The notes under the pieces were generated by a model. That model had not been told where the DNA came from and ran no database searches. It saw only the letters and a program-made list of their open reading frames with translations. From assembly GCA_049322295.1 (NCBI GenBank), contig JBMORO010000052.1, positions 1 to 48,418 of the forward strand: a stretch of 48,418 nt of DNA. Direction: 5' to 3'. This document shows, in pieces, positions 1 to 6,903 of this stretch. Both the position numbers and the translations under genes were made by a program. The stretch's first letter is position 1; the number at the start of each line of letters is the position of its first letter. The DNA comes from Patescibacteria group bacterium (GTDB lineage: Bacteria; Patescibacteriota; Minisyncoccia; RBG-13-40-8-A).

Positions 1-647
1 AGAATATCGGCTTGATATGCTTCCTTTCGGGAAACTGGCCGTAAAAATTCCTGTACTATTTTAAATCCACCTAACTGGTCACGTTTCTTATCAATATTAA
101 GGACATCCGATGTCCTAACATTATCGTCAATATTTGGGACATCGGATGTCCCAAAATTAGAATCATAAATATACGAAGCTTCGTGGTTAATACATCCCAC
201 GCTCAACCCAAGAAGATGGTATATTTGTCCCATCCAAACCGTATCACGTCTGGCTAAATAATCATTAACTGTAACCAGATGAACTCCTTTTCCTTCTAAG
301 GCGTTTAAATATAAAGGCAAGGTGGCAGCTAAGGTCTTGCCTTCTCCAGTTTTCATTTCCGCAATCTTTCCCTGATGTAAAACTATCCCACCCATTAACT
401 GAACATCAAAATGACGCTGTTTTAAAGTTCTTTTAGCTGCTTCTCGGACAGCGGCGAATGCTTCGGGTAAAATCTCATCTAAGGATGCTCCTTTTTCCAA
501 CCTATCTTTAAATTCAATGGTTTTATTTTTCAACTCCTCATTAGAAAAACGCTCGAATCTTGGTTCGAGCTTATTTATTTCATCAACCATTGGCTGAATT
601 TTCTTTAAATACCTCTTATTCGGATCACCGAAAATCTTATATAGCAT
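1..647 (-). CDS. secA: Preprotein translocase ATPase SecA, N-terminal fragment (continues beyond the window start)
   Basis: My own translation of the minus strand from the ATG at 647 gives [25 protein letters not shown]...[74 protein letters not shown]...RKEAYQADI. The Walker A motif MKTGEGKT and the [10 protein letters not shown] motif are SecA NBD1 signatures. The gene is absent from the ORF track because it has no stop codon inside the window. Confidence 0.9.
   Translation of the reverse strand, partial: MLYKIFGDPNKRYLKKIQPMVDEINKLEPRFERFSNEELKNKTIEFKDRLEKGASLDEILPEAFAAVREAAKRTLKQRHFDVQLMGGIVLHQGKIAEMKTGEGKTLAATLPLYLNALEGKGVHLVTVNDYLARRDTVWMGQIYHLLGLSVGCINHEASYIYDSNFGTSDVPNIDDNVRTSDVLNIDKKRDQLGGFKIVQEFLRPVSRKEAYQADI
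91..152 (-). repeat. 36-nt in-frame tandem duplication inside secA, each copy carrying a 17-nt palindrome
   Basis: The two copies are tcaatattaAGGACATCcGATGTCCT (91-116) and tcaatatttGGGACATCgGATGTCCC (127-152). The period is 36 nt, or 12 codons. They encode [12 protein letters not shown] / [12 protein letters not shown] inside a lineage-specific insertion between GLSVG and RKEAY. Confidence 0.8.
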
Positions 648-668
648 ACCTGTAATATTAAAATCTTT

Positions 669-2465
669 TTATAATGAAGTTTTATCCGCTCCTTTGGGAT
701 ACCAGTCAAGTTCTGATTTATTGATAATAAACACTGCTTCGGGTTTACCGTCTTGGGCTAAAAAGTTCTCAGCAGTCATATTTAACCAATGTAAATTTCC
801 AGTATCTTCGCCAGTTACTTCTAATTCATAAACCTTTGGCGAATCAATATAGCGATAATAATTTGAGGTAATAAATGCGTCCCTAACTTGAGGGGTTACG
901 GTTTTTACTGCTTTCCAACCACCTAAATGACCGTACATATTAAAAATAGCTGGATTAAGGAATAATCTTTTATAGCCATATTGGTTAATAATAAATATAT
1001 CAAAATCGCCTTGAGCCCTAATTAAATTTCCTTCTTTTAAACCATAATCTTCTGGTTTAGCCATCTTGCCTGGCTGGGGTTCGGATGGGGGTGGATTCAC
1101 TGGCTCTTGGAAAACAGTCGTGGCCACTGAAAGAATAAAAGGAGTTAATGATTCATTAGTATTAAAACCACTTTTCTTAAATTGGTTAGAAATTACAATT
1201 GTCACTGATTCAACGTCATTTTTAAAATTTGGGATTTTTAAAACTCCTTTTTGACTCGCCAAACTCAACAAATTAATTACTACTGGCTTTTCTTTATATT
1301 CAATAATATAAATGACATTAAAATTACCCCTATCCACCAAGCCCTCAAATTCTATTTCTAAATCCTTGGCAATGGTTCCAGTATCTTGTTTATTAATAAA
1401 ACGATACCAATAAGGGGCCCAATCCTTAATATTTTGAGCAATACTAATAACACTGGTTGAAACAATGCTGTAAGTGATAGGCGAAACATTAATTGCTCCT
1501 TTAAGATAGGGATTTTTATAACCATAGCGGCCATCGCTTAGAGAAGAATCATTTAGATAATTAGCCACTGCCCAATTGTTAAAAACTTGAGAGAAACTGA
1601 AATTAAAACCTTTATCTTTTAAAGCCTGTTCTATGCTATAAATACCAACTTTATTATTTTGTAGCATATAAGAAAATATATTTTCACCAAATTGCTCAAC
1701 CAAATAATGACCCAAAATATTAACTGAGGGATAATCAAAGCGGTCTCCCTGCCATTCGGTTAAGGAATTAAAGGGATTAGCTAAAAAATCATTCACCCTC
1801 CTCTCTAGGTTTGTGCCTGTATAGACACTGTCGTAACCAGCTGCTGTGGGCGCATATTCGCTTCTTGCTTCGTTTAGCCAAACTTCCTCGACTAACCCCT
1901 GAGTCCTTTCTTTCTGATTCCAGGATATCAGATGTTGAAACTCATGAGATATAAAACTATCAATTAAGGCGCTGCTAATTTGAGTGACATTTACATAGAG
2001 CATTTCTTTTTCATTAGAAGTTGGCTCCAATGATTTAGATATTTCGTCCTTGGAATTAAAATAGCCGCCAGCAGTTGATTTAAGTTGAGTAAGTAAAATT
2101 GTTATTCTTTCATCATCATCAATGCCCGGCTTCCATTCCGAACCAAAAACATAACGGACAGCTGGATAGGTTGTATTATCAAAATTTTTAGCTATATTAC
2201 TAAGAAGGTTGAGATAAGAAACCTGTTCAGAGCTAGAAAGAGCATCCCAATATTCATCTTCAATATAGAAATAAACTCTATCAGAAATTTTTCTTAGGGT
2301 GGCTGAAATTTCTGTTCTGTCGTTAAAGTCATAAGAAGGGTCAATAAAGAAATTTGCCTTTTCACCTAATTCAATGGCTAAAGCTGAGGAATATAAAAGA
2401 ATAAAAATCCCGCCTGAAAATAGCAGGGTCAATAAAATCTTTCTTGATTTCGAAAAAGAAACCAT
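669..2465 (-). CDS. Secreted zinc-metallopeptidase-like protein (gluzincin-type HExxH...WLNE) with a conserved 129-aa C-terminal surface domain
   Basis: The N-terminus MVSFSKSRKILLTLLFSGGIFILLYSSALA looks like a signal or anchor. HEFQHLISWNQKERTQGLVEEVWLNEARSEY has HExxH plus a downstream WLNE, as in M1-type gluzincins. The last 129 aa are 97/129 identical (hand count) to the C-terminus of 41532-42812. Confidence 0.75.
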   Translation of the reverse strand: MVSFSKSRKILLTLLFSGGIFILLYSSALAIELGEKANFFIDPSYDFNDRTEISATLRKISDRVYFYIEDEYWDALSSSEQVSYLNLLSNIAKNFDNTTYPAVRYVFGSEWKPGIDDDERITILLTQLKSTAGGYFNSKDEISKSLEPTSNEKEMLYVNVTQISSALIDSFISHEFQHLISWNQKERTQGLVEEVWLNEARSEYAPTAAGYDSVYTGTNLERRVNDFLANPFNSLTEWQGDRFDYPSVNILGHYLVEQFGENIFSYMLQNNKVGIYSIEQALKDKGFNFSFSQVFNNWAVANYLNDSSLSDGRYGYKNPYLKGAINVSPITYSIVSTSVISIAQNIKDWAPYWYRFINKQDTGTIAKDLEIEFEGLVDRGNFNVIYIIEYKEKPVVINLLSLASQKGVLKIPNFKNDVESVTIVISNQFKKSGFNTNESLTPFILSVATTVFQEPVNPPPSEPQPGKMAKPEDYGLKEGNLIRAQGDFDIFIINQYGYKRLFLNPAIFNMYGHLGGWKAVKTVTPQVRDAFITSNYYRYIDSPKVYELEVTGEDTGNLHWLNMTAENFLAQDGKPEAVFIINKSELDWYPKGADKTSL

Positions 2466-2544
2466 ATTATTTAAATTGTATCATAAAAAAAATATAAAGG
2501 TAATAAAAGGGCTGGGAAAGCATGCCCCGTACTGATTTTACCAT

Positions 2545-2588
2545 TATTAAAATAAAAAGAAGAGAAAAATTAAAAATCATTCTCTTCT
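2545..2588 (-). terminator. Terminator-like hairpin plus U-tract (minus strand) inside the 2466-3072 gap
   Basis: On the minus strand the sequence reads AGAAGAGAA-(13 nt)-UUCUCUUCU followed by UUUUAUUUU. The stem is 2580-2588/2558-2566. It is only 9 bp and A/U-rich, so the call is weak. Confidence 0.35.
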
Positions 2589-2996
2589 CTTACGAGGCGC
2601 AAGGTCGAATAGACCTTTCTTAGAGAGCGCCTCGCCGATAAAATACTCAGTAAAATCAGTTCGGGGTTTAACCCTCCCGAAAATTCTAGGCAGAAAGGAA
2701 CCCAGAAAGTTTAACCCCAATACTAGGTGTTGAGTGGGTACTTGTTCTGGGTTCCTTTCTGCCTAAACGGGATTGCTTCGCTAACAATACTAGGTGTTGA
2801 GTGGGTACTTGTTCCCAGCCCTTTTATATCATGACTTCTTAGTCCCGATATATTTTTAGTATAGGGATTTTAAATCGGGATGTCAATTTATCCCCACACC
2901 AAAATTTGGTGTGGGGATAAAAAGAGAAACCTCGGAACTAGCCAGAGGTTTCTCCCCTAGTCTCAGGGTCTGTCTTTCGACAATACCCACTCAACT
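2550..2996 (-). ncRNA. Candidate structured non-coding RNA or long structured leader (family unknown)
   Basis: Three nested helices are perfect or near-perfect: 2503-2518/2812-2827 (16 bp), 2525-2541/2650-2666 (17 bp, 1 mismatch) and 2687-2707/2745-2765 (21 bp). Local hairpins lie at 2558-2588, 2593-2634, 2843-2880, 2890-2918 and 2924-2954. The candidate is bounded by a TTGACA-N17-TAAACT promoter (3003-3031, minus) and a stem plus U-tract (2545-2588). The region is a 607-nt ORF-free gap in otherwise tightly packed DNA. Strand and ends are inferred. Confidence 0.4.
2718..2814. repeat. Perfect 30-nt direct repeat (2 copies) plus a 12-nt inverted partial copy downstream
   Basis: caatactaggtgttgagtgggtacttgttc occurs at 2718-2747 and again at 2785-2814. 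The reverse complement of the core gttgagtgggta occurs at 2984-2995. Confidence 0.9.
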
Positions 2997-3002
2997 AATC
3001 TC

Positions 3003-3031
3003 AGTTTAGCAAATTAAAAAATGGTTGTCAA
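3003..3031 (-). promoter_or_regulatory. Sigma70-type promoter candidate, TTGACA-N17-TAAACT, firing into the ORF-free gap
   Basis: On the minus strand TTGACA lies at 3031-3026, followed by a 17-nt spacer and TAAACT at 3008-3003. The predicted start near 2996 coincides with the inverted GUUGAGUGGGUA copy. No ORF follows for about 530 nt. Confidence 0.5.
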
Positions 3032-3060
3032 GTCTGCACCTTCGGCCAAAGAAGCAGACT
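3031..3060 (-). terminator. Hairpin immediately downstream of the 3073-5319 gene (possible terminator)
   Basis: agtctg/cagact is the outer stem with an inner cttc/gaag stem. On the minus strand a T-run begins only about 10 nt after the stem, so this is not a canonical terminator. Confidence 0.3.
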
Positions 3061-3072
3061 CAAGGTTTTTAC

Positions 3073-5319
3073 CTATTGGGGCAAAGAATTAATAAATTTT
3101 TCAGCTTCATCTTTAAACGATGGGTCAATCTCGGCTGCTTTTAAAGCCATCTCCCTTGCCTTATCATAATTCCCTACCTTGGCATAAGCCGCGGCTAAAG
3201 AAGCATAAAATTGAGGATTTTGGGGTTGCTCTTCAATAGCTAAAAGATAATATCCTATAATTTTTTGGTAATTGCCAACTTTCTCATAAATATTTACTAA
3301 GCGCATTAAATCAGAAATACTATTTTTATAATCATAGCCTATTTCTATGGCTTTCTCCACATTAGTAACGGCCTCTTCATAATGTCCTAGGTAATAGGCG
3401 CTCACTCCCAGAAACCAATAAGAAATCATTACTTTGGGGTTAAGCTCCAGGGCCTTTTTAAAAGTTTGATATGACTCCTGATATTTTTTCTCAGAAAACT
3501 GAGCCTGGCCTAATTCATACCAGATTCGGGGATTTTTTTTATTAAGCTCTAGGGCCTTCCCAATAAAGGATTCTGCCTGGTCGCCAGCTCCTGCCTCTTT
3601 ATCTATTAATAGAATATACATTCTTCCCACATAAAGATAAGGGATGGTATCTTGGGGGTATTTTTCTATATTTTTCTCCACCTCATTAATCGCATAATAA
3701 AGCAAGGCTGGGTCAAAATCTTTGTTTTTTTGACGCTGAGATTCGGTAACTTGAATAGCAAAAGTGGCTAATTTATGTCTAATTTCATAACTACCCTGGG
3801 GAGTTTTGTAATTAAGGGCTTCTCGATATTTATTAAATGCCTGTTGGGCATTACCATCTCGACCAGCTATAATTGCTCGGGTACAAGCAAAATTAGCTCG
3901 AGCTGGTTTGATATTGGTCTGATAGGCGATAATGACAGCTATAGTTAATAATATAATAGTTAAAAAAATTGAAGGCCTCATTTCCTCTTGCTTATTTTTT
4001 TCCGCGTTTATCTGCGTAGCCATCTGCGTGTTTTCGCTTCTACCCAAATAATTAATGTAACCCAGAACCAAAAAGAACATAAAATAATTAGCAAAAGTAT
4101 CAAAAATAAAAAGATTCTGACCAATATAAGCAATTAACATTGCTGATAACACCCCGAAAGTCGCTTGATCTATTTTTTTTTCTTTAAATTTTTTAATAAG
4201 CAAATAGAAAATGATAATAAAAATAGATAAATAACTTAGAAGCCCTATCATTCCTTCTGTAGATAACATTTCCAAAATAATGTTATGGGCTCTGTCCCAG
4301 ATTGTCTCTGCCCCTAAGCCGGTAAAGTGACGTGGATCAAAATATTTCATATGCAAAAACATAAAATTTTCCGGTCCCCAACCAAATATCGGTTTTTCTT
4401 TCCATCCCAAAATAGCGCTTTTCCAAGACCATAATCTGGTCTGGACGGTTGAAGTATCTTTGGAAATATCAGTAATTCTACTTAACCAACCAATGTTTTT
4501 TATCCACCCTTGATTTCTATTTAGCCAGATTCCTATAGCTAGAATTATAAAAATTAATATAGCGATTGATAGATAAATTTTTGCTTTCCGATTTTTTGAA
4601 GCAAAAACAAAAAATAGAGTCAAAAGAAAAACAGAACCGAAAAGAGAAAGAACTGCCCCTCGAACTGCAGTCATCAATATCGCTGGAATACCCAAAATAA
4701 TTACTGCGACAAAAAATCCCTTTTGCCAGATGGCTGTATCGTTTTTTAACAAAAATAAAAGAGCCAAATAAATAATAAATAAAAGATAACCAGCAAAAAG
4801 AGCGGGATTACCAATAGTGCCAATAACTCTCTCGCCATGCTGCCAACCAACAAAAAAATCTCCCAGACGCAAGCGTTGACCATAAGCAAATAAAATTGAA
4901 AGAAAACCAACAAAAACTGATATTTTCAAAATTTTGTTCCAATCTTCCCTAACTCTAATAATGCTGGTCAAGATAAGAAAATAAACCCAAAAATGTAAGA
5001 AACTAAAAATACCACCCATTCGCTCTAGCGAACCCCACCAACTGTTATAAAAATTAACCCCGATAAGCCCAGTTAAAAAATAAAGACCAGTAAAAATAGA
5101 AAAGCTGATTAAAATTAAACTCCATTTTGGTCGATAATCCCTATTAATTAAAATTAAAAGAATATAAAAAACCGCCATTAATTCCACTAAAGTTCTAAAA
5201 ACAATCATCTTTCCAAAGTGAAATGGCGATAAATATTGGGAGAAAATAACCAAAGGCAAAAACAGGGAAATAAAAATTCCCCAACGAAGAATTTTTACAT
5301 AGGTATCTGAGGCATTCAT
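3073..5319 (-). CDS. O-antigen ligase/polymerase-like polytopic membrane protein fused to a C-terminal TPR domain
   Basis: The N-terminal part has many TM helices and a GTIGNPALFAGYLLF segment typical of Wzy_C/O-antigen ligase families. The C-terminal ~270 aa carries repeated TPR-like A..Y..AL.L.P motifs, for example FKKALELNPKVMISYWFLGVSAYYLGHYEEA and YASLAAAYAKVGNYDKAREMALKAAEIDP. The track start at 5367 is a TTG. I prefer the ATG at 5319 (MNASDTYVKILRWG) because a consensus promoter lies at 5332-5361. Confidence 0.75.
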   Translation of the reverse strand: MNASDTYVKILRWGIFISLFLPLVIFSQYLSPFHFGKMIVFRTLVELMAVFYILLILINRDYRPKWSLILISFSIFTGLYFLTGLIGVNFYNSWWGSLERMGGIFSFLHFWVYFLILTSIIRVREDWNKILKISVFVGFLSILFAYGQRLRLGDFFVGWQHGERVIGTIGNPALFAGYLLFIIYLALLFLLKNDTAIWQKGFFVAVIILGIPAILMTAVRGAVLSLFGSVFLLTLFFVFASKNRKAKIYLSIAILIFIILAIGIWLNRNQGWIKNIGWLSRITDISKDTSTVQTRLWSWKSAILGWKEKPIFGWGPENFMFLHMKYFDPRHFTGLGAETIWDRAHNIILEMLSTEGMIGLLSYLSIFIIIFYLLIKKFKEKKIDQATFGVLSAMLIAYIGQNLFIFDTFANYFMFFLVLGYINYLGRSENTQMATQINAEKNKQEEMRPSIFLTIILLTIAVIIAYQTNIKPARANFACTRAIIAGRDGNAQQAFNKYREALNYKTPQGSYEIRHKLATFAIQVTESQRQKNKDFDPALLYYAINEVEKNIEKYPQDTIPYLYVGRMYILLIDKEAGAGDQAESFIGKALELNKKNPRIWYELGQAQFSEKKYQESYQTFKKALELNPKVMISYWFLGVSAYYLGHYEEAVTNVEKAIEIGYDYKNSISDLMRLVNIYEKVGNYQKIIGYYLLAIEEQPQNPQFYASLAAAYAKVGNYDKAREMALKAAEIDPSFKDEAEKFINSLPQ
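4000..4041 (-). repeat. 42-nt in-frame element, copy a (encodes RSENTQMATQINAE)
   Basis: On the minus strand it reads agaagcgaaaacacgcagatggctacgcagataaacgcggaa. It is 32/42 identical to the copy at 46943-46984. It lies between the membrane domain and a further TM helix. Confidence 0.7.
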
Positions 5320-5331
5320 TACTATACTATT

Positions 5332-5361
5332 ATTATAATTTACCTCAAAATCTATTGTCAA
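5332..5361 (-). promoter_or_regulatory. Sigma70-type promoter, TTGACA-N18-TATAAT (consensus boxes), for the O-antigen-ligase-like gene
   Basis: On the minus strand TTGACA lies at 5361-5356, followed by an 18-nt spacer and TATAAT at 5337-5332. The ATG at 5319 lies 12 nt beyond the -10 box. Confidence 0.6.
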
Positions 5362-5383
5362 TTGCAATAAATTGAGATAGAAT
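5355..5383 (+). promoter_or_regulatory. Divergent sigma70-type promoter, TTGTCA-N17-TAGAAT, for the 5407-13029 operon
   Basis: TTGTCA lies at 5355-5360, followed by a 17-nt spacer and TAGAAT at 5378-5383. Its -35 box overlaps the -35 of the minus-strand promoter on the same TTGTCAA sequence. Confidence 0.5.
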
Positions 5384-5406
5384 TAAATTAATCCAAAATT
5401 AGATAT

Positions 5407-6777
5407 ATGAGGACTAAAAAATTTATTCTTTTATTAGGAGATATTTTGATTTTATATGCTTCTCTAATTATTGCCTTGACTATCCGCTATCAGGGCTTTG
5501 ATTTCGATATTCTAAAGACTCACTTTTTCCCTTTTTCTATAATTTATCTTATCTGGCTGATTATCTTTTATATTCACGATCTTTATGAGCTGGATATTGC
5601 TAAGAATAATATTGAATTTTCTTCGGCTCTAATTAGGGCTTTAATTATTGGCGGACTTATCTCAATAGTATTTTTCTATCTTGCTCCTAATTTTGCCTTT
5701 GGGGCAATTACTCCGAAAACCAACCTTTTCTTGAATATATTGGTCTTCGTGGTTTTGTTTTACGGATGGAGATATCTATTCAATTTAGTAGCCGGCTCCA
5801 TGAAAATAAAGGTGAATACCGCAATTATTGGTTATAATCCTCAAGCCATAGAATTAGCCAAAGAAATAATAAAAAATCCCCAGCTCGGCTATAAGTTAAA
5901 GCTAATTATAAAAAATCACGAAAAAATAGACAAAACCGATTTACCCGAGATTAAAATAACCGAAGGGCTAAAAAATCTAAAAGAAGCATTAGAACAAGAA
6001 AAAATTGCCGTAGCTATAGTTGCTCCAGAAATTTACCAATCCCCTGATTTAATCCAAAGTCTTTTCGAATGTATTCGTTATAAAATTGATTTTGTTAATC
6101 TTTCTGAATTTTATGAGAATCTTACCCAGAAGGTTCCTCTGGCTGCTATCAACCAGGTCTGGTTTTTGGAGAACATCTCCCAAAGAAATAGGGTCTTATA
6201 TGAATCTTTCAAAAGAATTTTTGACCTTATCTTTGCCTCTGCTCTTTTAATTGTTTCTCTTCCCTTCTGGTTAATTATCGCTTTAGTGATAAAAAGTGAG
6301 TCGCCTGGGCCAGTGTTTTACAAACAAATTAGAATTGGGCAGGGTGGAAAACCATTTAAAGTTATTAAATTTCGCTCAATGATAAAAGAGGCAGAAAAAG
6401 ACGGACCAAAAATGGCTCAAGAAAATGACCCCAGAGTAACTAAATTCGGAAGATTCTTAAGAAAAACAAGATTAGATGAACTTCCCCAACTTTGGAGTGT
6501 TATCAGGGGACAAATGAGCTTTGTTGGACCAAGAGCTGAAAGACCAGAATTCCATCAAGAATTGAAAGCTAAAATACCATTTTATCAAGAAAGATATCTA
6601 ATCAAGCCAGGGCTTTCTGGTTGGGCACAAATCAAGTACGGCTACACCTCATCACTGGAAGATAATTTTGAGAAAATTCAGCACGACCTTTTCTATGTTA
6701 AAAATCGTTCTTTTATTCTAGATTTAAGTATTATCTTAAAAACAATTAATATTATCCTCCGCGGCGGCGGGCGATAG
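5407..6777 (+). CDS. Polyprenyl-phosphate sugar-phosphate transferase (WbaP/EpsB-type bacterial sugar transferase, initiating enzyme)
   Basis: The protein has N-terminal TM helices and a central Rossmann-like segment. The C-terminal Bac_transf signature is KRIFDLIFASALLIVSLPFWLIIALVIKSESPGPVFYKQIRIGQGGKPFKVIKFRSM...DPRVTKFGRFLRKTRLDELPQLWSVIRGQMSFVGPRAERPEF. Confidence 0.9.
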   Translation: MRTKKFILLLGDILILYASLIIALTIRYQGFDFDILKTHFFPFSIIYLIWLIIFYIHDLYELDIAKNNIEFSSALIRALIIGGLISIVFFYLAPNFAFGAITPKTNLFLNILVFVVLFYGWRYLFNLVAGSMKIKVNTAIIGYNPQAIELAKEIIKNPQLGYKLKLIIKNHEKIDKTDLPEIKITEGLKNLKEALEQEKIAVAIVAPEIYQSPDLIQSLFECIRYKIDFVNLSEFYENLTQKVPLAAINQVWFLENISQRNRVLYESFKRIFDLIFASALLIVSLPFWLIIALVIKSESPGPVFYKQIRIGQGGKPFKVIKFRSMIKEAEKDGPKMAQENDPRVTKFGRFLRKTRLDELPQLWSVIRGQMSFVGPRAERPEFHQELKAKIPFYQERYLIKPGLSGWAQIKYGYTSSLEDNFEKIQHDLFYVKNRSFILDLSIILKTINIILRGGGR

Positions 6778-6789
6778 AAAATAGTTGTA

Positions 6790-6900
6790 TGGAAAATAGA
6801 AATTAGTAATAGAGATTAGAAAATGGAAATCAGGTAAGTTTCTAATTTCTAATCATCAATTTCCATTACCAATTTCCAATTTCTATATAGCCAATTTCCA
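6790..6900 (+). promoter_or_regulatory. Imperfect ~110-nt inverted repeat built from GGAAAT/ATTTCC units, ending 3 nt before the GT2 start codon
   Basis: The pairings are tggaaa (6790-6795)/tttcca (6895-6900), atagaaatt (6796-6804)/aatttctat (6878-6886) and aatggaaat (6822-6830)/atttccatt (6859-6867). CAATTTCC occurs 3 times in the right arm. Confidence 0.4.
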
Positions 6901-6903
6901 AAT

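Noticed and set aside
1066-1254. A 62-aa plus-strand ORF (TTG start) lies inside the peptidase-like gene.
   Set aside because: It is entirely antisense to a long, well-supported CDS. It is low-complexity, uses a non-ATG start and has no recognisable motif.
2718-2814. Two perfect 30-nt repeats separated by 37 nt have CRISPR-like geometry.
   Set aside because: There are only two copies and no cas genes in the window. The 'spacer' is itself half of a 21-bp inverted repeat flanking the first copy. This fits RNA structure or a palindromic element better than a CRISPR array.
2503-2827. I tried to assign the structured region to RNase P RNA, tmRNA, SRP RNA, 6S RNA or a tRNA.
   Set aside because: I could not find the conserved signatures I know on either strand. 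These include a GGAAAGUCC-type P4 strand, a tRNA-like GGUUCGAAUCC T-arm with CCA end, and the SRP domain IV GGAAG..AGCA motif. Only a covariance-model scan could settle this.
5320-5367. The ORF track gives longest-ORF starts at 5367 (TTG), 20560 (TTG), 24488 (GTG) and 47590 (ATG with a 125-nt overlap).
   Set aside because: In-frame ATGs at 5319, 20518, 24452 and 47509 give typical N-termini. They also remove long overlaps, or a promoter placed inside coding sequence. These calls remain uncertain without ortholog alignment.
6758-6773. A GC-run ccgcggcggcgggcg lies at the 3' end of the initiating transferase (encoding RGGGR) and could be another GC-rich insertion.
   Set aside because: It is very short and shares no sequence with the other GC-rich patches. 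A Gly/Arg-rich C-terminus is common in this transferase family.
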